Shown one piece after another: positions 54,768 through 64,000 of a stretch of 64,000 nt of DNA (positions within the stretch are counted from its first letter, which is position 1; each line of letters opens with the position of its first letter). The position numbers and the translations under genes were made by a program. The notes below the pieces were generated by a model. That model worked only from the letters and a program-made list of their open reading frames with translations. It did not search any database and was not told the origin of the DNA. This DNA is from an uncultured Nitrospiraceae bacterium. Lineage in GTDB: Bacteria > Nitrospirota > Nitrospiria > Nitrospirales > Nitrospiraceae. Where the stretch lies: assembly GCA_963706325.1 (NCBI GenBank), contig CAVPLT010000003.1, positions 16,910 through 80,909 on the forward strand, given 5' to 3'.

Positions 54768-54802
54768 GTCCGTGCGGAGGACCGCGAAGTGATTGAAAAT
54801 AC

Positions 54803-54847
54803 TGGAGCCGGCGAGTGGAATCGAACCACCGACCTGCGGTTTACGAA
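54803..54847 (-). repeat. att site copy 5: tRNA-Thr(CGT) 3' half
   Basis: Exact 45-bp match; the flank is not the tRNA 5' half. Confidence 0.95.
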
Positions 54848-54936
54848 AACCAATGGACAAGGGGATGCCCATATCCCGAAGACCCGCCTACTCCACCACT
54901 GGAACGCGAACAGCAGCGCGACAGTTAGTCCTCCCG

Positions 54937-55132
54937 CAACATTGCGCTGAATTGCGTAGCGCGTGACGGTTCTGCGATGACGCGGTGCACACTTCCGGTC
55001 ACACTGTGACGACTTCGCGCCCGGGTCCAGCGCCGCCCCCGGGGGTAGCCTTGCGCGGACCTCGCTCAGCGAACAGGCATACATGGGACCCGCGTGTTGG
55101 GCTCTTTTTTTTCTGAAAAAAATCAAAAAGGG
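54937..55132. repeat. Conserved non-coding element, copy A
   Basis: Homologous to 60737-60908 and 62503-62611. Confidence 0.85.
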
Positions 55133-55716
55133 TCATATACCAGTGGAGAGGTACGAAGCGATCCGACGTTAGCAAGGTAGTGCACTGCACTTCTGGGTCG
55201 CTTTGTCCAAGAAGTAGTATCGGATCAGATACCCCGAATAGATTACAAACACACTTGATCCCTGGTATCCATTTAGATACGTCAATTATCTATTTCGATA
55301 CATGTCCGCCTATAAATAAGAACAGTGACCCAATCAAAGTACTATCAGTAAGCGAGTGGCCCTCGATTGGCACATGTTGCTTTCATCTGGTTAAAAAGTT
55401 GCAACACACGGGCTACAAGGGGACATTCACATCAGCGCCCAATCCTGTTGCGACGTTGTCTAACAATGAACAGAAAGGGATTTTCATTATGCCAGACGAA
55501 GTACTACAAGCTGTCGGCGGCTCCTAAAGGGCAAAGGGAGACCAAACGGCTCTAGAGCTGGTGACCGGTACCTTTATCCTACCAGCGGTGTCTGTTTGCG
55601 GCTTGAAGCCAACAAAATGTGGAGCAACAGCCCACAGCGCGATCCGTGACCCACTATAGTATGTCTTTTGCTACCATTCGAGACGCTGGAACAGCCAGCA
55701 CTGAAGAGGTGTCTGA

Positions 55717-57978
55717 ATGTCTTTGTCACGACGACAATTGTTCAAGGTCTCGGCCGGGGTGGTGGCTGCGGCGATCGCCGATAATGCGTTACCCCTGATG
55801 GGAGGGGAGACGAAAGATCATCTTAATACCACGCTACTTAAGACCTTTAGTTCCGTGCCAGTAAGGACGGCCCGGAAGTGGACGAATGCCCTCGTTCCAA
55901 AGCTAGGTGGCGGGTTCAATCATATCGTTCAAAGTGAGACATATGACCGGACAATCGAGGGCCGGGTTGCGGCTCACCACGTTAACTGGATCATCACTGA
56001 CGTCAAGACTGGGCAAAGTACTCAGTTTTCCGCCTATCGACATCGTGCCTGACGAGAGTAGTCGTGCGACCCATGTTGCGCTCTCCATCGATAATCAACT
56101 TTTAGCCCCCAATGGGAACTGCTTCTTCCCTGGTGCTTTCACTCACATCGCCGTCTACGATCACCGCACTGAAAAAGTGATCCAGCTCCCGCAGGTTGGG
56201 GATCCGACGAAGCATAAGAACTTCTACACCCACGTCTTCTCCCATGATGGCCGCAAGCTGTACTGCGGCACCGAAACCACCAAGCGCGACTTCTTACCCA
56301 TCATCTGTGAGATTGACACGACGGTTGACCCGAGTGAGATCCGGCCTCGGGTGATTGGCCCCGTTGGGTCAACACGAAACAGCTTTTCGTACGCCTACGA
56401 ACTTCAGATCGATCTTCCCTGGCTCTATGTCGTTGTGGGCCAGAATCCCTGGGAACTGTGTGCACTCAATGTTCATACGGCCGAAATGAAAGTCCTCCGG
56501 GTCAATGTGGATGAAGAGGATGAAGAGCGGAAGAAGACGAAAGGAATCTCGCTAGGACTCCACCCCGAAGGTAATCCGAAGGGTATTGTCGCCCACTTTG
56601 GGCAGGCAAAACGTGGTGTGCCTGATCAGTGGCTAAAAGGTGGCGCCCTCGACAAGGACTGGATCAGAGATGCTGATGCGCCACCGTTCGCACACGACGT
56701 GAAGCCTTTCAAAGATCGCCTTGCACTCCTCACCGCACGATGGATTGATGATCGGCCGCCGTTTGGGGCCTTCAGAGTGAACACTCGAAAACTCCAAAAC
56801 GATCCACACGAAGCAGGGACTACCGTGAACATCCGGTTCCGCACTTCGAACCTTGTCTAATCGAATCCTTAGTTGAACTCCCCGACGGGACCGTACTGGG
56901 CAACGTGAAGAATTACCAGGGCTTTTTTAGGTTCAATGTTAAGGGTATTCCCCGGCCAAACACACGCGTCCCCAACCCCATTACGTGGTTTGGTCCCTGG
57001 GGTGGAAGACCGTATGATGACGGAGGGATTAGTCAGTGGCCCCAGGCTCATGGTTGATCGGGACTGTCTGGATGGCTGGATACCCCAATGGGGTGCTCTA
57101 TTCGTATAATCCGAACGAACGATGGAATCCATGGTTTACTGAGCCTGTTCTTCATCCACCCCCTGCCCCCATTAATCCGACACACCACAGAAATTTCTCA
57201 GCCAAGAAAAAGAATGGGACATTAATAAAATACGCACACTTCTTGGTTTATTCTAGGGCACTTAATAGACTGTACTGCCTAGGCCGACGAGAGCGTGATG
57301 GCTTTGGGACTGGGCTTGGTTGGTATGATCTCGGGAGCATGCCAGATAACTTTGACGGGACGGACAAAGATCTGGAGACACTTAATCCGGCGGGCCTCCT
57401 TGTGATGGATGAGGTGGATAAACTTACGCTTGGCTAGGTGGCGTGAGCCAGAGCAGTCAAAGACAAATCGGATCAAGACTCAGAAGCGAGGAGAGTCTCA
57501 ATGAATCGGAAGCTGACCCCAGAGACTAGCTCGATCAATCGATTCAGATTCGCGAGGCCAGCTAATTATCTACTCTATGGATCTTCAGGAACAGGAACGA
57601 AGGTTTGTGGAGATAGGAACGACCAGGCTGACCAACACGGGGTTCTTGTTTCGAACCAATAGCCGAGGAGTCTTCGTCGGTTTGTCAACACCGAAAAAGA
57701 AAGGGACAGGGCCAACCATTCTCTATCGCTACGATGTAAATGCGCAGCCCCCAATCACCCTTTCTCCTGTCGTAATTGAGGAAGCAGTGGGCGAGCACTG
57801 CCAGCACCCGGACCGGGCAGGTACTCTCGGGATTGGCAATATGCTGTGCACGATCAATCTGTCGACGTTAGCGAGAACGCAGATCGAATGTCACCTGGAG
57901 GCAAATAGATTTATTGTAAGCGGGAACACCGTGATTTCTGCTAACGGAGCAACGCTTGAAGTGTATGAGAAAAGTTAA
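55717..57978 (+). pseudogene. Frameshifted TAT-exported beta-propeller-like protein with NxrA-like leader
   Basis: Consecutive ORFs 55717, 55907, 57036 and 57577 in changing frames; MSLSRRQLFKVSAGVVAAAIAD leader; FSHDGRKLYCGT and GYPNGVLYSYNP. Confidence 0.65.
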
Positions 57979-59335
57979 AACCCTTTTCCTCCTGCAATCC
58001 TACCTCGGCCAACTAATGGCAGACTTCCGCTCTCTGTCGCCTTCAGAGAGAATTGATGTATGCAGGAAGGACAGTTGTAGGTTCGCATCTATCTCAGCGT
58101 TAGGGAATTGATAGGGATTAGCTTGCGGCTTATCCCATGGTACGTGGGACCAGTTCCAACTCGCAAACATTCCCGCCAATCCATTGGGACAGACTGGCCA
58201 TGGTGGTGATAAAGGGATGGCTAATATTGCTGAGTATGAACAGTTTGCTTTCCAGGGATAATGATCGTCGTACCCCCGAAGAGTAATGTCCACTGAATGG
58301 CGCAGTAACTCTCTACCGCTCTGTTGAAGGTAAACGGCTTCTGTTTGTACTAACCCTAGAAAGGATTCTTTAACATGCCTGCAGACAGCCATTCCACCAA
58401 CCTGTTCGGAGCCTCAATGAAGGGGACCTCGGGATGCCCGCTTCCGAGCGCGGTATTGGCGGAAGAACTCCGACTTCTTAGGCGGTCGTCGAATATTCGG
58501 CGGGATCGCAAATACGGATGCGGCGATGAAAAAGCGTTTAGATAAAACGTCTTTAAGCATGGCAGGAGGATTCCAGGCACTGCGAGTTGTGAAATGAGTG
58601 GGAAAAACCTGATCGCCGCAGGTACGGCCGGCTTTTGCGAATCTCCTCGCAATAGAAAAAGGTATTCCATCTGACAATGGCATTGAGACAGACCTCGCGC
58701 TGGCAGACGTTCTTCTCAATGACCTATCCGTCTTCAAGGCCAGGATCTCGGCGTTGCGGCACTGTAGACCACCGGTACGCAAGGATGTCAGCGGATAAGA
58801 TCTTCGCTCGTGATGCGTCGTCATATCAGCGTTGTTATTCTGCTGCGTCATAGTACGGGACAGCTGCTCCATAGAGACCACACCTGGCGCAGGTTCCTTG
58901 GTTGTTGCAGGAGTTCGACCGCCGAGGAGTGCGGTGAACGTATCTGAAGAGTGGCGTCCAACTTCTTCGCCGTTCGTGTCTTCGGGTGTTGGTGCCATCG
59001 CCACAAGGATTAAACATTTCCTACAGTAGGCAATGGGATGCATGGTCAGGAAGGTCAGGGAATCGGTAACGTGTGGAAGAGTTCGACGAGGCTCTTGGCA
59101 GGATGCACCTCAGAGTTTCAATCTTGACCACTTCGTAATGCAGGCCCAACTAGGAGCACCTACGCAGTCGAGGCTGCAGTGTATGGTTTTGCCTACAGTA
59201 AGCGGTTTGACGTAGCCAGTCAATGGTTCGCCTGGGCCATCGAAGGAAGATCGTGTGTAAATACGACCGATCATTGCGTAGTTCTTAGGGGGAATGACAC
59301 AAGGGAACGTGCATCTAGAGAGGGTCCCCAAATTC

Positions 59336-59585
59336 TGTGGATAACTCTGGGGACAATCACCCACAGGGCCTCGGCGACCCCACAGAGATGCGGCAGCTCG
59401 CAAGATGCCTAATTTATGTGCAGAGGAAGCTCAGTCAGAGAAGCACCCCAATATCTTGTGGCTTGACAGGATTTTTCTTCTTTTCTGCACTACTGGCAAA
59501 GGCGAATAGACTAGGGGAAGCCCGAGCCTACGTAATCCATCTAGGGCTGCCTATTTGCGAAAATTCCTTGACAGAGTTATACACA
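59336..59585. promoter_or_regulatory. Cluster of DnaA boxes, an NrdR-like box and -35 hexamers
   Basis: TGTGGATAA 59336-59344; TTATACACA 59577-59585; CCCCAATATCTTGTGG 59446-59461; TTGACA at 59463 and 59568. Confidence 0.55.
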
Positions 59586-59781
59586 GCACCCGTATGAGCC
59601 GCATGTTCGCGCTGCCCTTCTACTTCTGACAATCCTCCTCCCACGAGGCCAGGCCGATCGACGACAAATTATCCCTTGGTGTATGTGGCAAGTGGAGTCC
59701 ATACTCCCGTGATGTGCTGCGTTCCCAAGTATTCTTTCTTGGGAGATGGTCATGATCCGTGTCTCACAACAAGGAGGTTGT

Positions 59782-60543
59782 ATGATCTCGTATAGGAAGA
59801 AGCCGGCGTTGTTCGCATTGAGCCTGCTGGCGATAGGCATCAGCCTTGTGCCCATGCCCGCATTGGCCAATCCCGAGTTGGTAGAGAGTGGACGTCTGTT
59901 GGCGATTTTGCTAGATGCTGGTCGAGGAACCGTCGCCGCCAATCAGCCGCTCATTAATGATGCCGGCAAGGGGGACAAGGGTTTCACACCAGACGTATTT
60001 GAAAAAGAGTTGATTGAAAAATTCAAAGGACGTTCCGGCGTCGATTTACGCAATATCAAAGCGGCGGCTGTCCCGGAAACCGCGAAGAGCCTCCTGTCGG
60101 AGCTCGTGGCGGCCTCAAAGAAAACCGTGGCCGACAATCAGGCGAAGATTAATCAGAAAGACCTCGCGTATAAAGGCTTCACGCCGGCACATTTTGGCAC
60201 GCAGGCCGCCGCGCAATTTAGCACCAAGACCGGTGTCTACCTCAAACAGACCACACAAGACGGGCTCTTGCGGAATCCCCAGAACAAAGCCGATGAGTTT
60301 GAAGCTGGCCTTCTAGCGAAACTCGCCGATGCGTCCTATCCTCGACAGGGCGACAAAGCCATGAGCGAGACGGTGGATGGCGGGAAGGCCGTGCGCCTTC
60401 TGTTGCCGCTCTACTATGGAAAAGGCTGCTTGGGCTGTCACGGAGTACCGAAGGGCGAGACGGACGTCTCAGGCTATAAAAAAGAGGGTGCGAAAGAAGG
60501 GGATCTTGGAGGAGCGATCAGCGTCAAGCTCCCTGTAAAGTAA
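59782..60543 (+). CDS. Secreted DUF3365/Tll0287-like c-type heme protein
   Basis: Signal peptide; LRNPQNKADEFE, CLGCH and GAKEGDLGGAISV; AAGGAGG RBS before ATG 59782. Confidence 0.9.
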   Translation: MISYRKKPALFALSLLAIGISLVPMPALANPELVESGRLLAILLDAGRGTVAANQPLINDAGKGDKGFTPDVFEKELIEKFKGRSGVDLRNIKAAAVPETAKSLLSELVAASKKTVADNQAKINQKDLAYKGFTPAHFGTQAAAQFSTKTGVYLKQTTQDGLLRNPQNKADEFEAGLLAKLADASYPRQGDKAMSETVDGGKAVRLLLPLYYGKGCLGCHGVPKGETDVSGYKKEGAKEGDLGGAISVKLPVK

Positions 60544-60736
60544 CTGAGCTGATGGGCTCTGCCGGTTGTGTGAGGAAACCAGCGAATCAAGCGTCGAACT
60601 TGATGTCGGTTCCTGCGCATCGAATCAGGACCGATTCGCTATCATATAACGCTCTGCTCTTTTTCGTTGTCTGGAATAGGTGATGGTCAGGATGGCCCCC
60701 TTTCGGGCAATACGAGAATGCTCTTGCTAGATTTGG

Positions 60737-60908
60737 CAACATTGCGCCGAATTGCGTTGCGCGTGACGGTCCTTCGCTGACACGGGGCACACTGCCGGGC
60801 ACGCTGAACAAATTCTATACGCAATCCGCAAGACACGCCGACGCCACCGGGGGGATAGCTTTGCGCGGCTTGCCCTGTCACTGAAACGGGCTTACATAGG
60901 AGCCGCGT
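60737..60908. repeat. Conserved non-coding element, copy B
   Basis: caacattgcgccgaattgcgttgcgcgtgacggt...ggggatagctttgcgcgg...tacataggagccgcgt. Confidence 0.8.
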
Positions 60909-61128
60909 CCCTGCTCCCGCTTTTAATCGAAGATTCTCTTCTCTTCTCCTCTTTCGAGTTTTCAGAAAAACCCTGAACTCTGACAATCCGCTCATCGAGA
61001 GAAGAGGCCCAAATTTGTGCAAGAACTCTAGTCATAATCCACTGTACGAACCTCTCGAGCGGCACAGAGGAGGCTAGCTACTTTTGAAGCAATCCGAAGG
61101 AATCAGAAGGAATTCACATATAGAACGA

Positions 61129-62079
61129 TCAGCCCAACCGTCGACGTGTTTGTACGTCTTCGGCTAATTGTGTCCGTAATTTACTACAGTAACCTCTTAT
61201 TAAGTCATAATGATCACCAGAAAGACGGCCCTCGGATTTTTCCAATTCAGAGAGGTGGTCTTGCAAGGCACTGTAAGCAATGTGGGACTCCCTGGTCAGG
61301 TATAGCCCCCCTTGATCTTTAAAGTACCAGTCCCGAAGAGCGAGACTCAATTCCTCTAATTTTTTATATGTTACATTTTTGTTTTTTGGCCATTTAGGAA
61401 GGACTTCTGTCATTTGCCATAAGCGGGAGTATTTTTGTAGCCTTTGTCTTAAAATAAGCATTCTAAAACGCTCGTTGTCTGCCACCGTGTTTCGTTTTTC
61501 TTCTATTAGCGCATTTATACCGCCAGATTTTTCATCGAAAAACGCCAGGCCAGGAGCTGAACTTGCCGATTGTGCGCCCTTATCGTGTGGTACTTTTTTC
61601 AATGACCCTCCGCTGATAGTGTTAGAGTTGAGCGCATTTTCAATCTCCTTTGTTGCCTCAACATAGAGCTCCTCACGGTCCGCCGGTCGCATATTACCCA
61701 GCGGTTTTTTAGGGTCATTAAGGGCCTGTAGGTCAGCAAGCCCCGGACTTATATCGTACCTACATGGCCAGGTGATGATAGCAAGAAGCAATGTGCCCTC
61801 TGCTTTACTCTTTGAAAGCAAGACCGGAAGTTCATTCTGTGCAATGAAGTTTGACGCAAGGAAATGACGACTTACAAATAACACCGCAACCTTTGCTGAG
61901 GTGATAGCCTGTTCGATCTCCTTTTTCCATTTTTGTCCCGGCCGAATATTTTCATCACTCCAAAAGTTAACCAGACGGTGTCTTTCCAAGTGGACCAGAT
62001 GCTCTCGAAATTCTTCTAGGAACTTTCTGTCCTTATGGCTATAGCTGATAAAGACTTGAGCTTGTATCGACGTGTTCAT
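61129..62079 (-). CDS. TIR domain protein with C-terminal helical domain of unknown function
   Basis: VFISYSHKD, WSDENIRPGQKW and VSRHFLASNFIAQNELP; AT-rich. Confidence 0.9.
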   Translation of the reverse strand: MNTSIQAQVFISYSHKDRKFLEEFREHLVHLERHRLVNFWSDENIRPGQKWKKEIEQAITSAKVAVLFVSRHFLASNFIAQNELPVLLSKSKAEGTLLLAIITWPCRYDISPGLADLQALNDPKKPLGNMRPADREELYVEATKEIENALNSNTISGGSLKKVPHDKGAQSASSAPGLAFFDEKSGGINALIEEKRNTVADNERFRMLILRQRLQKYSRLWQMTEVLPKWPKNKNVTYKKLEELSLALRDWYFKDQGGLYLTRESHIAYSALQDHLSELEKSEGRLSGDHYDLIRGYCSKLRTQLAEDVQTRRRLG

Positions 62080-62502
62080 TAGGCACTCCGATCTTAGATG
62101 AAGAACGGTGGCTGACCATGTTAGTGGAGTCTTAAAAAGAGCTCTATAGACTCAACAATACAAGGCTCCGAATAGGAAGCCCCCTGCTATCCGATGCAGA
62201 ATAATAATTTTTGAAACACACCACTACGTAAAGTGATTTCTGGTGCATCAGCCAACGATTGCTTAGGTAGGTGATGGTGCGACCGCCTAGAGCATCTGAA
62301 AGTTCTCATTTTGGCCATTTTTACTCCTTTGCCAGCATGCCCGGACCTCTGCGGCCGCATGCTTAGCACTCGACTAAGGAGACTAGGAAATACCCTCTGA
62401 AATGCGCCGTCCAAAACAGTGGCGTCACTCAAGTGACAAACAGCGTCCGATATTATGCCTTTTCAGCGAGGGTACTCAGAGGGATGGAGAACTCGTCAAT
62501 AT

Positions 62503-62611
62503 CCCGGGTCGGAGGGGGGTAGCCTGGCGCGGCCTTCCATCTTCGCCGAACAGGCATACATAGGACCCACGTGTTAGGGTCGCAGCTTTTTTTCTGAAAA
62601 ATCAAAAAGGG
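62503..62611. repeat. Conserved non-coding element, copy C (3' part)
   Basis: gggggtagcc...gaacaggcatacat.ggaccc.cgtgtt...ttttttctgaaaa.atcaaaaaggg shared with 55040-55132. Confidence 0.85.
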
Positions 62612-62741
62612 ACTGCCTTTGATGTTCACTCATCGCCTTGCATCCTTAGATGTTCGTGCAGATATCAGGTCGGAAATTTGTCAACGAAGGAAATCGCCAG
62701 AACCCTAACAGACCAACCGTCGCATATGTACGTCTCTTCAT

Positions 62742-63707
62742 TTACTGTTGATGGCACCCCATGCAGGAGAACTCCGAGTTGATCATCATCCCTGACCTTG
62801 GCGTCCCATCATTCGAGTTGAGCACTGCGACGTTAGCCTGAGCGTGGTTGACGCGCTCTTCGAGAACGCCCTGATACTTCCAGGAGGCGTAGGTTCGTGA
62901 GAGTTTGGCATTCGCATAAATCTTTTGTCCGGTCTGCCAATCTCCTGACTTGACGAGCATGTCTCCCATATTGAGAAAGAATCCCTCGAAGTTGTGCGGC
63001 GCAATCCACGAGTTCCAACAGACTCGCTTCGTGCCTTCTACCGTTTCCTTCACCATGTACTGGGTATAGTCAGGATTCACGCGATCAAGGGTGCCATCAA
63101 TGCACCTGTCCAGCGTGTCCCACTGCCATTCTAGACCGTCCCGAAATTGCGGGGAGTCCGCGGGTAACCTGCTCATCACGTAGCCGCCCGTAAATAAATT
63201 GAACTCCGGCCACGCCTTAATGGCATCGAGCATCATGAAGTACCCCTCCCGAGTCAGCCGTTCATCCTTGTGCACAGTGCCCTCGGCCAATGTTTGACCC
63301 GCGAGAAACCCGAGGTAGCGAGCATCCGAGGGGTCCAATGTGACCGCCTCTCGAAAGTACCGTCGTGCGAGGATCATATCGTCCGTGATGGTGGCAGGGA
63401 TTGCGTCCATCCGAACTCGTTCCGCCATTCGCCAATTATGCAACCAGGCGATATGTGCTGCGGTTTTGGCGTCGTTCGGCGTCCGAAGATAGGCTGCGGT
63501 CAGCACCTCGAGCGCGGCCTGGATATGAGTGTACTGACCGTTATGGAATGTCTCCCAGAACACCTCATCGGCCTTGGATGCAGCCTCTCCTCGGGTGGAG
63601 ATCGCCTGTTTTTTCGGCGCAGCGAGAACGGCGATTCGATCCCATAACGCCCAAGCTCCTATGCCCATGACTAACGCAATCAGTAAAATAGCAATGAAAG
63701 GCTTCAT
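62742..63707 (-). CDS. Secreted helical protein with extreme C-terminal CxxCH (putative c-type cytochrome)
   Basis: Signal/TM segment; WPEFNLFT, APHNFEGFFLNMGD and terminal CMGCHQQ. Confidence 0.8.
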   Translation of the reverse strand: MKPFIAILLIALVMGIGAWALWDRIAVLAAPKKQAISTRGEAASKADEVFWETFHNGQYTHIQAALEVLTAAYLRTPNDAKTAAHIAWLHNWRMAERVRMDAIPATITDDMILARRYFREAVTLDPSDARYLGFLAGQTLAEGTVHKDERLTREGYFMMLDAIKAWPEFNLFTGGYVMSRLPADSPQFRDGLEWQWDTLDRCIDGTLDRVNPDYTQYMVKETVEGTKRVCWNSWIAPHNFEGFFLNMGDMLVKSGDWQTGQKIYANAKLSRTYASWKYQGVLEERVNHAQANVAVLNSNDGTPRSGMMINSEFSCMGCHQQ

Positions 63708-63760
63708 AACACCCCGGTGAAGTCATTCATTCAAAAGCAAAGTCTATCGCGATGCCTCAT

Positions 63761-63961
63761 TCATGACACAGGTTTCGGCGAGGTTACTGTGTAATGTGCG
63801 CAGTGTTTGCACAGGACGGAAAAATAAAAGTCGGGGTCATAGCGTTCGTGGATGTGATCTTTTGGAGTCTCAGGTGGCGGACTCAGCTTCGAGAGCCCAA
63901 TCACGATTTTCCACCTGCATGCTGGATTCTCGCACTTCACGACCTTCTGTCTTTTCGTCAT
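63761..63961 (-). CDS. Small zinc-ribbon-like protein
   Basis: CENPAC...CKHC; GAGGGAAG upstream. Confidence 0.5.
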   Translation of the reverse strand: MTKRQKVVKCENPACRWKIVIGLSKLSPPPETPKDHIHERYDPDFYFSVLCKHCAHYTVTSPKPVS

Positions 63962-64000
63962 GGATCTTCCCTCAATACATTTGGAGGAAGCATAGGTAGA

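Larger units (their letters stand above)
21853..54847. mobile_element. Integrative element E5 (~33 kb) with intact integrase, carrying nxrAB
   Basis: Identical 45-bp att at both ends; paired AACCGTGA repeats at 22015/22027 and 54734/54746; intact tyrosine integrase next to the right att. Confidence 0.8.
54803..64000. mobile_element. Left part of a further element E6 (family B-type left arm), extending beyond the window
   Basis: Sequence after att 5 is homologous to that after att 3; accessory cargo. Confidence 0.6.

Noticed and set aside
3600..54847. The five 45-bp repeats as intact tRNA genes or a CRISPR array
   Set aside because: All lack the D-arm and 5' acceptor strand; spacing is kilobases; no cas genes
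58000..59043. ORFs 58000-58392, 58356-58670 and 58414-59043
   Set aside because: No recognisable motifs or RBS; likely decayed or non-coding

Overview
This window comes from a Nitrospira-type nitrite oxidiser: it carries nxrA-nxrB with a TAT signal, on the minus strand at 37574-42390. The whole window appears to be a tandem array of integrative elements stacked at one tRNA-Thr(CGT) site. A 45-bp copy of the tRNA 3' half (anticodon loop to CCA, minus strand) occurs five times, at 3600, 12699, 15714, 21853 and 54803. Each copy directly follows the 3' end of a tyrosine integrase gene or remnant, and these belong to three integrase families. Only the integrase at 53514-54767 looks intact. Its ~33-kb element (21853-54847) has matching paired arm-type repeats at both ends and carries nxrAB, itself bracketed by a ~530-bp direct repeat and preceded by a NarX/NarL-like two-component pair. 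Other cargo includes signalling genes, c-type cytochromes, a YqcI/GntA-like plus DUF1989 pair, stress proteins, defence-like genes (Abi_C, TIR, DUF4238) and many relics. The relics include an NxrA-like TAT leader on an unrelated decayed gene and an orphan cluster of DnaA and NrdR-like boxes. No intact tRNA gene, CRISPR array, capsid or conjugation gene was seen. Family names are from motif recognition by eye, not database searches.
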